Assembly: GCF_032444005.1 (NCBI RefSeq)
Contig: NC_091290.1
Location: 133,176,001-133,240,000, forward strand
Length of the DNA: 64,000 nt
Direction of reading: 5' to 3'
Origin: Ranitomeya imitator
Lineage: Eukaryota
Below are positions 50,901-62,509 of this stretch, in pieces (the first letter of the stretch is position 1; every line of letters begins with the position of its first letter). The translations under genes were made by a program, and so were the position numbers. The notes beneath the pieces are model-generated. The model had not been told where the DNA came from, did not search any database, and saw only the letters and a list, made by a program, of their open reading frames with translations.

Positions 50901-53900
50901 AGTGAGTACAGCTCTGGGGTATAATACAGGAGGTGACTCAGGATCCGTAATGTAATGTATGTACACAGTGACTGCACCAGCAGAATAGTGAGTGCAGCTC
51001 TGGGGTATAATACAGAATGTAACTCAGGATCAGTAATGTAATGTATGTACACAGTGACTGCACCAGCAGAATAGTGAGTGCAGCTCTGGAGTATAATACA
51101 GGATATAAATAAGGATCAGTAATGTAATGTATGTACACAGTGACTGCACCAGCAGAATAGTGAGTGCAGCTCTGGGGTATAATACAGGATGTAACTCAGG
51201 ATCAGTACTGTAATGTATGTACACAGTGACTGCACCAGCAGAATAGTGAGTGCAGCTCTGGAGTATAATACAGGATGTAACTCAGGATCAGTAATGTAAT
51301 GTATGTACACAGTGACTGCACCAGCAGAATAGTGAGTGCAGCTCTGGGGTATAATACAGGATATAACTCAGGATCAGTAATGTATGTACACAGTGACTGC
51401 ACCAGCAGAATAGTGAGTGCAGCTCTGGAGTATAATACAGGATGTAACTCAGGATCAGTAATGTAATGTATGTACACAGTGACTGCACCAGCAGAATAGT
51501 GAGTGCAGCTCCGGGGTATAATACAGGATATAACTCAGGATCAGTAATGTATGTACACAGTGACTGCACCAGCAGAATAGTGAGTGCAGCTCTGGGGTAT
51601 AATACGGGATGTAGCTCAGGATCAGTAATGTAATGTATGTACACAGTGACTGCACCAGCAGAATAGTGAGTGCAGCTCTGGGGTATAATACAGGAGGTGA
51701 CTCAGGATCAGTAATGTAATGTATGTACACAGTGGCTGCACCAGCAGAATAGTGAGTGCAGCTCTGGAGTATAATACAGAATGTAACTCAGGATCAGTAA
51801 TGTAATGTATGTACACAGTGACTGCACCAGCAGAATAGCGAGTGCAGCTCTGGGGTATAATACATAAGGTAACTCAGGATCAGTAATGTAATGTATGTAG
51901 ACAGTGACTGCACCAGCAGAATAGTGAGTGCAGCTCTGGAGTATAATACAGAATGTAACTCAGGATCAGTAATTTAATGTATGTACACAGTGACTGCACC
52001 AGCAGAATAGTGAGTGCAGCTCTGGAGTATAATACAGGATGTAACTCAGGATCAGTAATGTAATGTATGTAAACAGTGACTGCACCAGCAGAATAGTAAG
52101 TGCAGCTCTGGGGTATAATACAAGATGTAACTCAGGATCATTAATGTATGTAGACAGTGATTGCACCAGCAGAATAGTGAGTGCAGCTCTGGGGTATAAT
52201 GTAGGATGTAACTCAGGATTAGTAATGTAATGTATGTACACAGTGACTGCACCAGCAGAATAGTGAGTGCAGCTCTGGGGTATAATACAGGATGTATCTC
52301 AGGATCAGTAATGTAATGTATGTACACAGTGACTGCACCAGCAGAATAGTGAGTGCAGCTCTGGGGTATAATACAGGATGTAACTCAGGATTAGTAATGT
52401 AATGTATGTACACAGTGACTTTCACCAGCAGAATAGTGATTGCAGCTCTGGGGTATAATACCGGATGTAACTCAGGATCAGTAATGTAATGTATGTTCAC
52501 AGTGACTGCACCAGCAGAATAGTGAGTGCAGCTCTGGGGTATAATACAGGATGTAACTCAGTATCAGTATTGTAATGTATGTACACAGTGACTGCACAAG
52601 CAGAATAGTGAGTGCAGCTCTGGAGTATAATACAGGATGTAACTCAGGATCAGTAATGTAATGTATGTACACAGTGACTGCACCAGCAGAATAGCGAGTT
52701 CAGCTCTGGGATATAATTCATAATAAACCGATTGCATCTTCATATGACAATGTCATCGATGTCACATGTGTCCAGTGTTGCACAGAGCAGGACTTGGTTG
52801 ATAGATACATTGCACTTAGTTTCCATCTTTGCCGTTTTTCCTTTCAGCCTTCGGACGGACGTTGAGCTCCGGTCACTGCCGGCTGTGCCATGGGAAGTTC
52901 TCTTCCCGCAGTTTGCGCCAGGTATTTGGGAAGGTGCCGGTCGCTGGTCGGAGCTCGGAGAAGCAGCGGCGGATGGAGCAGGTTTTCTTCGCTGACTTCC
53001 AGCAGCTGGTCGGCGTCTCCGTGCAGCAGGACCCTCGGCTGCCGCAGTCCGTGTGTAAGAACTGCCATGCCCAATTCTACAGGTGCCGCAGCGTGTTACG
53101 CACCTTCATGCAGAGAGTGAACATCTCCCCGACCGCTCCGCACAGCAACGCCACAGGGTGGGTGCAGTAAGGTAAACTATGTATATTGTATGCAGCATAA
53201 GTTTACATCCCCCTCACAAAGTTAGGAGAATACCGTAGATGCCCCCTACAGTTTTTCATCCAGGATCAGAGAGATCTCTAATGTCGGTCGTCTGTCTGCT
53301 CGGATGATACGGTGCTACACCAATGAGACATTGGAGTGGATAGACGGAGGTGTAGGTCCTGTCTCAGCCTCACAGACCTCGTGGTGCAGTCATGGGGTGC
53401 ACATGGGCTTCATGGCCGCTGGGGACCCATTGAGGACCCCCTTGTTTGCTTTGGTGCCTGCACTGTATGATTTTGTATTTTTTTTTTTTTTTGCATTTTT
53501 AGTGATATCGTGCACAGTGCTGAGAGTCTGAGCACCGGGCCCTGCGCAGGTAAGGAGGATCCATTGCTATGATTTATTGGCTGGGGCCACTCAGGCCTAA
53601 CGCTTTTCACAGCTGAGCATTTGCTACATTTCTGCAGACTATCAGGGCTGAGATTGATTTGTCTTGCTGGTGGGTTTGGCTCATATGTGTTTCTATATTT
53701 TCAGATCTGATCACCTCAAGCCCCGAGTGCCTGACCGGTCTGGTGAACTGGACCCACCGCCATGCGGGCGGATGCGCCTCTGTGCCCAGCTTGCAGCGAG
53801 TGCTTTCCGTACAATACTGCGGCGTCATTCGGGCAGTATGGAGCTGCAACGACGGGCACGATTACATCATGGACACCGACTCCGACCTCACAGAAGGGCA

Positions 53901-56900
53901 GCAAAGTACGGAAAATCCAAAGGCACAAAGTGGAAATGGTCTTTATACCGTCAGAGCTGCAGACACTGCCACATTGGGGTATAAACTACCGGACAGGATG
54001 GACGCCTCTCCGGCTACTGCTGATATTGGAAGGGAAGGTTACCCTCCGGCCCAGATCAGATGGCCCGCGCTGCCCCTGGAGACCCCAATGGCCTTGTGTC
54101 CTGAGACAGATTCAGCGCAGGGTAAGATGTCCGAAGCCGATCACCATTGATGTCTTACAAATGCAATTAATTAGTCTTAATATTGAAACCTATTAAGTGT
54201 CAGTGCAGCCACAGAGACGTTACATCCTGTATTATCCTCCAGAGCTGCACTCACTATTCTTCTGGTGCAGTCACTGTGTACATACAGTACTGATCCTGAG
54301 TTACATCCTGTATTATACTCCAGAGCTGCACTCCCTATTCTGCTGGTGCAGTCACTGTGTACATACATTACATTACTGATCCTGAGTTACATCCTGTATT
54401 ATACCCCAGAGCTGCACTCACTATTCTGCTGGTGCAGTCACTGTGTACATACATTACATTACTGATCCCGAGTTACATCCTGTATTATACCCCAGAGCTG
54501 CACTCACTATTCTGCTGGTGCAGTCACTGTGTACATACATTACATTACTGATCCTGAGTTACATCCTGTATTATACTCCAGAGCTGCACTCCCTATTCTG
54601 CTGGTGCAGTCACTGTGTACATACATTACATTACTGATCCCGAGTTACATCCTGTATCATACTCCAGAGCTGCACTCCCTATTCTGCTGGTGCAGTCACT
54701 GTGTACATACATTACATTACTGATTTTGTACTGTTTGCCCATGTGTGGGCCTGCACCTTCTAGTTTGCCCATGTATGCGCCTGCACCTTCTAGTTTGCCC
54801 ATGTATGGGGCTGCACCTTCTAGTTTGCACATGTATGGGGCTCCACCTTCTAGGTTGCACATGTATGGGGCTGCACCTTCTAGTTTGCCCATGTATTGGG
54901 CTCCACCTTCTAATTTGCACACGTTTGGGGCTGCACCTTCTAGTTTGCCCATGTACGGGGCTGCACCTTCTAGTTTGCACATGTATGAGGCTGCACCTTC
55001 TAGTTTACCCATATATTGGGCTCCACCTTCTAATTTGCACACGTATGGGGCTGCACCTTCTAGTTTGCACACGTGTGGGGCTGCACCTTCTAGTTTGCAT
55101 ATGTAATGGGCTGCACCTTCTAGTTTTCACATGTAATGGGCTGCACCTTCTAGTTTGCACTTTTATGGGGCTGCACCTTCTAGTTTGCCCATGTATGGGG
55201 CTGCACCTTCTAGTTTGTCCATGTATTGGGCTCCACCTTCTAATTTGCACACGTATGGGGCTGCACCTTCTAGTTTGCCCATGTACGGGGCTGGGGCTGC
55301 ACCTTCTAGTTTGCACATGTAATGGGCTGCACCTTCTAGTTTGCCCATGTATGGGGCTGCACCTTCTAGTTTGCCCATGTATGGGGCTGCACCTTCTAGT
55401 TTGCCCATGTATGGGGCTGCACCTTCTAGTTTGCCCATGTATGGGGCTGCACCTTCTAGTTTGCCCATGTATGGGGCTGCACCTTCTAGTTTGCACATGT
55501 ATGGGGCTGTACCTTCTAGTTTGCACATGTAATGAGCTGCACCTTCTAGGTTGCACATGTATGGGGCTGCACCTTCTAGTTTGCACATGTAATGGGCTGC
55601 ACCTTCTAGGTTGCACATGTAATGGGCTGCACCTTCTAGTTTGCCCATGTATGGGGCTCCACCTTCTAATTTGCCCATGTATGGGGCTCCACCTTCTAAT
55701 TTGCACATATATGGGGCTGCACCTTCTAGGTTGCACATGTATGGGGCTGCACCTTCTAGGTTGCACATGTATGGGGCTGCACCTTCTAGTTTGCCCATGT
55801 ATGGGGCTCCACCTTCTAATTTGCCCATGTATGGGGCTCCACCTTCTAATTTGCACATGTACAGGGCTGCACCTTCTAGTTTGCACACGTGTGGGGCTGC
55901 ACCTTCTAGTTTGCATATGTAATGGGCTGCACCTTCTAGTTTTCACATGTAATGGGCTGCACCTTCTAGTTTGCACTTTTATGGGGCTGCACCTTCTAGT
56001 TTGCCCATGTATGGGGCTGCACCTTCTAGTTTGTCCATGTATTGGGCTCCACCTTCTAATTTGCACACGTATGGGGCTGCACCTTCTAGTTTGCCCATGT
56101 ACGGGGCTGGGGCTGCACCTTCTAGTTTGCACATGTAATGGGCTGCACCTTCTAGTTTGCCCATGTATGGGGCTGCACCTTCTAGTTTGCCCATGTATGG
56201 GGCTGCACCTTCTAGTTTGCCCATGTATGGGGCTGCACCTTCTAGTTTGCCCATGTATGGGGCTGCACCTTCTAGTTTGCCCATGTATGGGGCTGCACCT
56301 TCTAGTTTGCACATGTATGGGGCTGTACCTTCTAGTTTGCACATGTAATGAGCTGCACCTTCTAGGTTGCACATGTATGGGGCTGCACCTTCTAGTTTGC
56401 ACATGTAATGGGCTGCACCTTCTAGGTTGCACATGTAATGGGCTGCACCTTCTAGTTTGCCCATGTATGGGGCTCCACCTTCTAATTTGCCCATGTATGG
56501 GGCTCCACCTTCTAATTTGCACATGTATGGGGCTGCACCTTCTAGGTTGCACATGTATGGGGCTGCTCCTTCTAGGTTGCACATGTATGGGGCTGCACCT
56601 TCTAGTTTGCCCATGTATGGGGCTCCACCTTCTAATTTGCCCATGTATGGGGCTCCACCTTCTAATTTGCACATGTACGGGGCTGCACCTTCTAGTTTGC
56701 CCATGTACGGGGCTGCACCTTCTAGTTTGCCCATGTACGGGGCTGCACCTTCTAGTTTGCCCATGTATTGGGCTCCACCTTCTAAGTTGCACACGTATGG
56801 GGCTGCACCTTCTAGTTTGCACACGTATGGGGCTGCACCTTCTAGTTTGCACATGTAATGGGCTGCACCTTCTAGTTTGCACATGTAATGGGCTGCACCT

Positions 56901-59900
56901 TCTAGTTTGCACATGTATGGGGCTGCACCTTCTAGTTTGCCCATGTATTGGGCTCCACCTTCTAATTTGCACACGTATGGGGCTGCACCTTCTAGTTTGC
57001 CCATGTACGGGGCTGCACCTTCTAGTTTGCACATGTATGGGGCTGCACCTTCTCGTTTGCCCATGTATTGGGCTCCACCTTCTAATTTGCACACGTATGT
57101 GGCTGCACCTTCTAGTTTGCACACGTATGGGGCTGGGGCTGCACCTTCTAGTTTACACATGTAATGGGCTGCACCTTCTAGTTTGCACATGTAATGGGCT
57201 GCACCTTCTAGTTTGCACATGTAATGGGCTGCACCTTCTAGTTTGCACATGTATGGGGCTGCACCTTCTAGTTTGCCCATGTACGGGACTGCACCTTCTA
57301 GTTTGCACATGTATGGGGCTGCACCTTCTAGTTTGCACACATATGGGGCTGCACCTTCTAGTTTGCACACGTATGGGGCTGGGGCTGCACCTTCTAGTTT
57401 ACACATGTAATGGGTTGCACCTTCTAGTTTGTACATGTAATGGGCTGCACCTTCTAGTTTGCACATGTATGGGGCTGCACCTTCTAGTTTGCACATGTAT
57501 GGGGCTGCACCTTCTAGTTTGCACATGTATGGGGCTGCACCTTCTAGTTTGCACATGTATGGCGATGACGCTCAGTGCCGCTGCCTTGTTCTGTGAGTTC
57601 TTCTTTCTTACTGCAGGATATGACGGTAGAACTTCTCCTGTGACTACTGATCCTACAAGGGATGTGGACATCGACCTCTTAGACGGGTGAGGATGTTCTT
57701 GTATGTATGACAGTTCTCTTTCTAGCGTGGACTGTGGGAGTTCAGACTGGGTTATACTGGTTCCCATTGTGCTCCGGGGTCTACTGTAATGGCATTTTTT
57801 TTCTCATATAGTGAATACCACAGCAGAGATGCCGAAGAACGCAGAACAGACGCCTTGTTGTCTTCAGATGACTCCTTTGAACCATACACAGAGGAGAGGT
57901 AAACTGTTCTGTTACATGATGGTGGAATCCATGAGCCGGTAATGAAAAATGATGGGTCTGCAATGGTGGAGATTTCCATTTTGTAATTCATAATTCTCCT
58001 TCTCTGCCTTCTGTCATTTTTAATTGTGCCCTCTGGAACTCTTGGTCTGCGTGTAACAAACTCTCCTACATTCATGACTTTTTCATTTCAAACTCCTTTA
58101 ACCTTCTGGATTATAATGATACATTGCAATGTGCCTCGGGCGAAGCTGCAATGCCTACACATAGAACAACTTGGCACAGATGGCGGCAACCCTAGCACAT
58201 GCTGCAAACACCTCTTCTCCAGCGTTGCTCCAGGTGCACCAAATGTTTGTGGAAAAAATCCAATCTGGTCGGAGATATCTTCCATTATAAATTTATGTTT
58301 AAAACATACAACTCTAGCCGTCACCTCTCCAAACCAGCCTACTTCTAGCACCCTTATCACTGCACTATCAAGCACTTCTAAAAGACTCTTTGACACTTTT
58401 CATTCTCTCCTCAATCCAAGAGTGCAGGCCTCCCCACCAAATTCAGCACTGACATAGAAAAAAATGACCATATCCAGCAGGCAATTTCCTCCCAATCCCC
58501 TAATATCATGCATTTTCCTCCCTCCCGCACTGCATCTCGCTCACTTTCTTCTGTGAACAGGTCAGAGAAAAAGAAGTGACAAGGCTACTTGTATCTTCTC
58601 ACCCTACTACCTGCACTAGTGACCCTATTCCCTCACATCTCCTCCAGTCTCTTTCCCCCAGCTTTCACCACTTGCCAAACTTAAATATTTTACCTCTCTC
58701 TCTCTTCCAGTATCTTTCCCTCCTTATTTAAACACGCCAACATACATCCATTACTTAAAAAACCATCCCTCAACCAGAACGGTGCCGCTAACTATAGACC
58801 TGTCTCTAATCTTCCCTTCATCTCTAAACTCCTGGAACGCTGCGTCCACTGCCGCTTAGTTACGCTATCTCTCAGATCACTCTCTTCTTGACCCTCTTCA
58901 ATTTGGTTTTGCTAAAGTCTCTAATGATCTACTAACAGCTAAATCTATAATCACTGATCGCTGCTCATTCTGCTGGAGCTCTGCAGTATTCAACACTGTG
59001 GATGATCTTCAAGATGCTCCGCTCCATCGGGCTCAAGGACACCGTTCTCTCCTGGTTCTCCTCCTTCCTCTCTGACCTCTCCTTCACTGTGTCTTTTACC
59101 AGCTCCTCTTACTGTCGGGGATCCTCAAGGATCAGTCCTGGTCCCCCTCCTCCTCTCTATACACTGCCCCTATTGGACAAACCATCAGTATATTCGGTTT
59201 TCAGCACCATCTTTCTGCTGATGACACCTAATTATACACATCGTCTCCTGACATCATGCCTGCATTACTACAAAACATCAGTGATTGTCTTTCCGCTGAC
59301 TCTAACATCATGTCCTCCCTCTATCTAAAACTGAATCTGTCAAAAACTGAACTTGTGTTTCCTCCGTCCACTAAACTACCTGTGCCCAATATTGCCATTT
59401 CCGTGTGTGGCTCCACCATTCCTTCCCAGCAGCATGCCTGCTGTCGTGGGGTCAGATCTGATTCAGATCCTTCCTTCACCCCCCACATCCAATCACTCAC
59501 TCGTTCACGTCACCTACGCCTCAAAAATATCTAGAGAATTTTACCTTTTCTTACCTTTGACTCTGCAAAAACTCTTACTGTCTCTCTTTTTATTCATTCT
59601 CGTCTGGACTATTGTATCTCTCTACTAATCGGTCTCCCTCTTACTAAACTTTCTCCTCTCCAATCCGTTCTGAATACTGCAGCCATGATCATATTCCTTG
59701 CCAACCTATACACAGGCGCCTCCACCCTGTGCCAGTCATTGCACTGGTTGCCCATCCACTATAGAGTCCAATATAAACTTATCTCCCACCCACAAAGTGC
59801 TCCACAGTTGAGCACGACCCTGCTTCTCCTCGCTCATCTCAGTCTACCACCCTTCCCGTGCCCTCCATCCTGCTAAAGACTAATAATTAGTGATGAGCGA

Positions 59901-61923
59901 GTATACTCGTTGCTCGGGTTTTTCCGAGCACGCTCGGGTGTCCGCCGAGTATTTATGACTGCTCGGAGTTTTATTTTCATTGCCGCAGCTGAATGATTTG
60001 CGGCTACTAGACAGTTTGATTACATGTGGGGATTCCCTAGCAACCAGGCAACCCCCACATGTACCCAGGCTGGCTATTAGCCGTAAATCATTCAGCTGCG
60101 GCAATGAAAACGAAATCTCTGAGCACTAACAAATACTCGGAGACCACCCGAGCAACGAGTACACTCGCTCATCTCTACTAATACTCCGAACTTCCCACCA
60201 TTGTCTTCAAGACTTCTCACAAGCTGCACAGGTTCCCTGGAATGTACTACCCAGGACAATTTGATTGATTCCCAGTACCCACAGTTTTAAGTGTACCCTA
60301 AAAAGCTCTTTTTTTTGGACATATCACCTCACCTCACTTATGTAACTATTCCTGTTTTGCCTTTCCACATAGCATCTGTTCACACCCTCCATGCACTTAA
60401 TAGGTGTCCGGTTCATGCAGCATCATCTTGAATTCACAATTCCGCTTGCGGTATTACTTGTGTATAGTTTATACCCCCACTTACTTCTTTTCTGGATTCT
60501 AGGCCTCGGCTTAGGAAGACCAGACCGAGGAAAAGCCAGAAAGCCCAAGAGCCCAAAGTGAGGAAGAAGCCGGGACCAAAACCGGGCTGGAAGAAGAAGA
60601 TTAAGCGTGAGAGGTCAGAGTGAGGTCTGGGATCAAGGGCCTGATGGGCACTGGATGCATTGTGTCTCATACAAGACGCCTGGCTGCCAGTATAATGTTA
60701 TGGGGCCTCCTAACTTTCCCTGGCAGAGGATGTTATGTTTTTGGGGTCTTATTGTATAAGACATCTTAGTGATCCTTTCTGTTTTGCAGAGAGGAACTGC
60801 CCACTATCTACAAGTGTCCTTACCAAGGCTGCACTGCCGTCTATCGAGGAGCTGATGGGATGAAGGTAAATAAATCGGACGGTCTGGGCAATGGAGGTTT
60901 TGGAAGGAATCTCAGATGCATAGGAGTCTAAAATAGAGTTGGTGCTGATCAATTTGCTCTTCCCAGTCCATCTGCCACGGTCGCACTTAGTAGCCGCTGG
61001 CTGGAGCTGGAGAGCCGCCTGTTGCAGTTGATGTCTGTGGCTCTTCTGGTTAGCCGACTTGGTGCTGCATCATAGCAGTCCAGCTGCCGTCTTCCATAAT
61101 CAGCGCCACATGTGTCCCCAGTCAGTGTGGGATACTGGAGGTCAAACTATTCACTTCCCAGCAGAACTCCTGGACTGGTGTTGGACTGTGTCTGGTAGAA
61201 GACAGCCGTGTTTTTCTAATTGTGTAAGAAGGAACATAAACCAGCTCACCCGTGATTCAGCAACCAAACCTCGGGAGCACGGACCCGCTGTGTCCAGGCG
61301 TGCAAGATCCAGAAAAAGAAAGAAATGTCCAGCTTCACCGAGTCCGTAAAAAAGCTTTTTCATGATTAAGGGAGCCTAGTCTCCAGAAACGCGTTGAGAT
61401 TCTTGCCCATATGGTTGTGCTGAAGTCTGTATCCTCCATGTTCAAAGTTTGTTAATAAAGAAAAAGCTTTTTTACGGACTCGTTGAAGCTGGACATTTCT
61501 TTCTTTTTCTTTTCCAATTGTGCACAATTAAAGCAGCTCCTGAGAGCCCGCGATCAGCTCATCACTGTCATTCCATGCAGAGGATTACTTTTAATTTTGG
61601 CAGTAGAACAATTTCATGTTTTGCTTTTATAGAAGCACATCAAAGAGCATCATGAAGAGGTGCGGGAGCGGCCGTGCCCTCACCCCGGCTGCAACAAGGT
61701 GTTCATGATAGATCGCTACCTGCAGAGACATGTGAAGCTGATCCACACCGGTGAGCGCTGCGTCTCCTCCATCCTGTACGTTTCTGACCTCTTCTGCCTA
61801 ACGCCCCCTATTTCTTCCCCCAGAGGAGAGGAATTACATCTGTGACCAGTGCGGCCAGGCGTTCAAGCAAAGGAAGCATTTATCTGTGCATCAGATGAGG
61901 CACTCCGGAGCTAAACCCTTACA
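47963..61923 (+). CDS. ZNF276: Zinc finger protein 276 (zf-AD plus C2H2 fingers), exons 1-10; final exon beyond the window
   Basis: Exons: 47963-48074, 52848-53157, 53503-53549, 53705-54121, 57617-57686, 57812-57898, 60503-60613, 60790-60865, 61633-61750, 61824-61923, all phase-consistent. Motifs MKRDRRGR, GHCRLCHGKFSSRSLR, DLITSSPECL, RKKPGPKPGWKKK, EELPTIYKCPYQGC, RERPCPHPGCNKVFMIDRYLQRHVKLIHT and HQMRHSGAKPLQ. Confidence 0.96.
48134..52712 (+). repeat. 86-bp satellite, array 3 (about 53 copies) filling ZNF276 intron 1
   Basis: Same unit; includes 81-bp variants lacking one GTAAT. Confidence 0.97.
54219..54724 (-). repeat. 86-bp satellite, array 4 (about 6 copies) in ZNF276 intron 4, inverted relative to array 3
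   Basis: Reverse-complement copies of the same unit. Confidence 0.95.
54725..57561. repeat. 30-bp minisatellite (about 94 copies) in ZNF276 intron 4
   Basis: Unit GGGGCTGCACCTTCTAGTTTGCACATGTAT with variants. Confidence 0.97.
58030..60400 (+). mobile_element. L2-type LINE remnant (degenerate RT), interrupted by a MITE
   Basis: Degraded RT text: NYRPVSNLPFISKLLER (58790-58840), LRSIGLKDTVLSWFSSFLSDLSF, ADDTxL-like region, LNLSKTEL, SRLDYC. C/T-rich composition typical of L2. Confidence 0.8.
59888..60177. mobile_element. hAT-like MITE (TAGTGATGAGCGA TIR family) inserted in the L2
   Basis: TAGTGATGAGCGAGTATACTCGTTGCTCGGGT ... ACCCGAGCAACGAGTACACTCGCTCATCTCTA; 8-bp flanks CTAATAAT and CTAATACT (7/8 match). 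Confidence 0.8.
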
Positions 61924-62509
61924 GTAAGTGTCGCCTCTATTCCTCAGTCTCACTGATCTGGGTCGCCTTCTTACTTCTTTCTTGTGCTGTCCCTCAGTTA
62001 TTCCTCCTAGAAATGGAAAAAGAAATTGACTTCTGGGCGATACCTTGTCTTTTTTTTTTTTTTAGGTTTGTTTTGACTGACCCTGTAGCTTTGATTGTAC
62101 AATTTAAAGATTACATGTTTCCTTTGTCTTTTTGGTAAAAAAAAAATATATATTTTTTTTCAAGTTTTACATTTGAACCCAATTATGACCTATGATGTAT
62201 ATGTATGTCATAGGTCGTGTCCCGGCATTTGTAAGCAGCAGCTTGTCAGTAACGTCATGCCCTGCTCACAAGCAGAGTACAGCTGCCGGAATACTCATTG
62301 CTCTCCACGCCGGGACTGTGCATGGAGAGCAGCGAGTATACATTGCTCTTCTGTAGCGCCCAGTGTCAGGAACCGGCTTCCTGCTGCTGCCTGTGGTCAC
62401 GTGTCCCACTACTTTAGAGAAATGAATGTTCATAAATACAGTACTATGAATCCATACCTCAGCTTGCTGTCTGTGAATGACTTACAAAGTACAGTAAATG
62501 TTCCCAGAC

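Noticed and set aside
48136-52672. Dozens of 64-118 aa 'MYIHYITDPELHPVLY' ORFs (also near 8.8, 17.6-18.9 and 54.2-54.7 kb)
   Set aside because: Artefacts of the 86-bp satellite (GTG/TTG/ATG starts repeated in each unit); no splice structure or domain.
48134-52712. CRISPR-like appearance of regular repeats
   Set aside because: The repeats are contiguous with no unique spacers, there are no cas genes, and the context is spliced vertebrate genes.
54626-57690. 981-, 705- and 525-aa repetitive ORFs
   Set aside because: The 30-bp unit is a multiple of 3 and lacks stops in some frames. Only the last 70 bp of the 981-aa ORF is a real ZNF276 exon.
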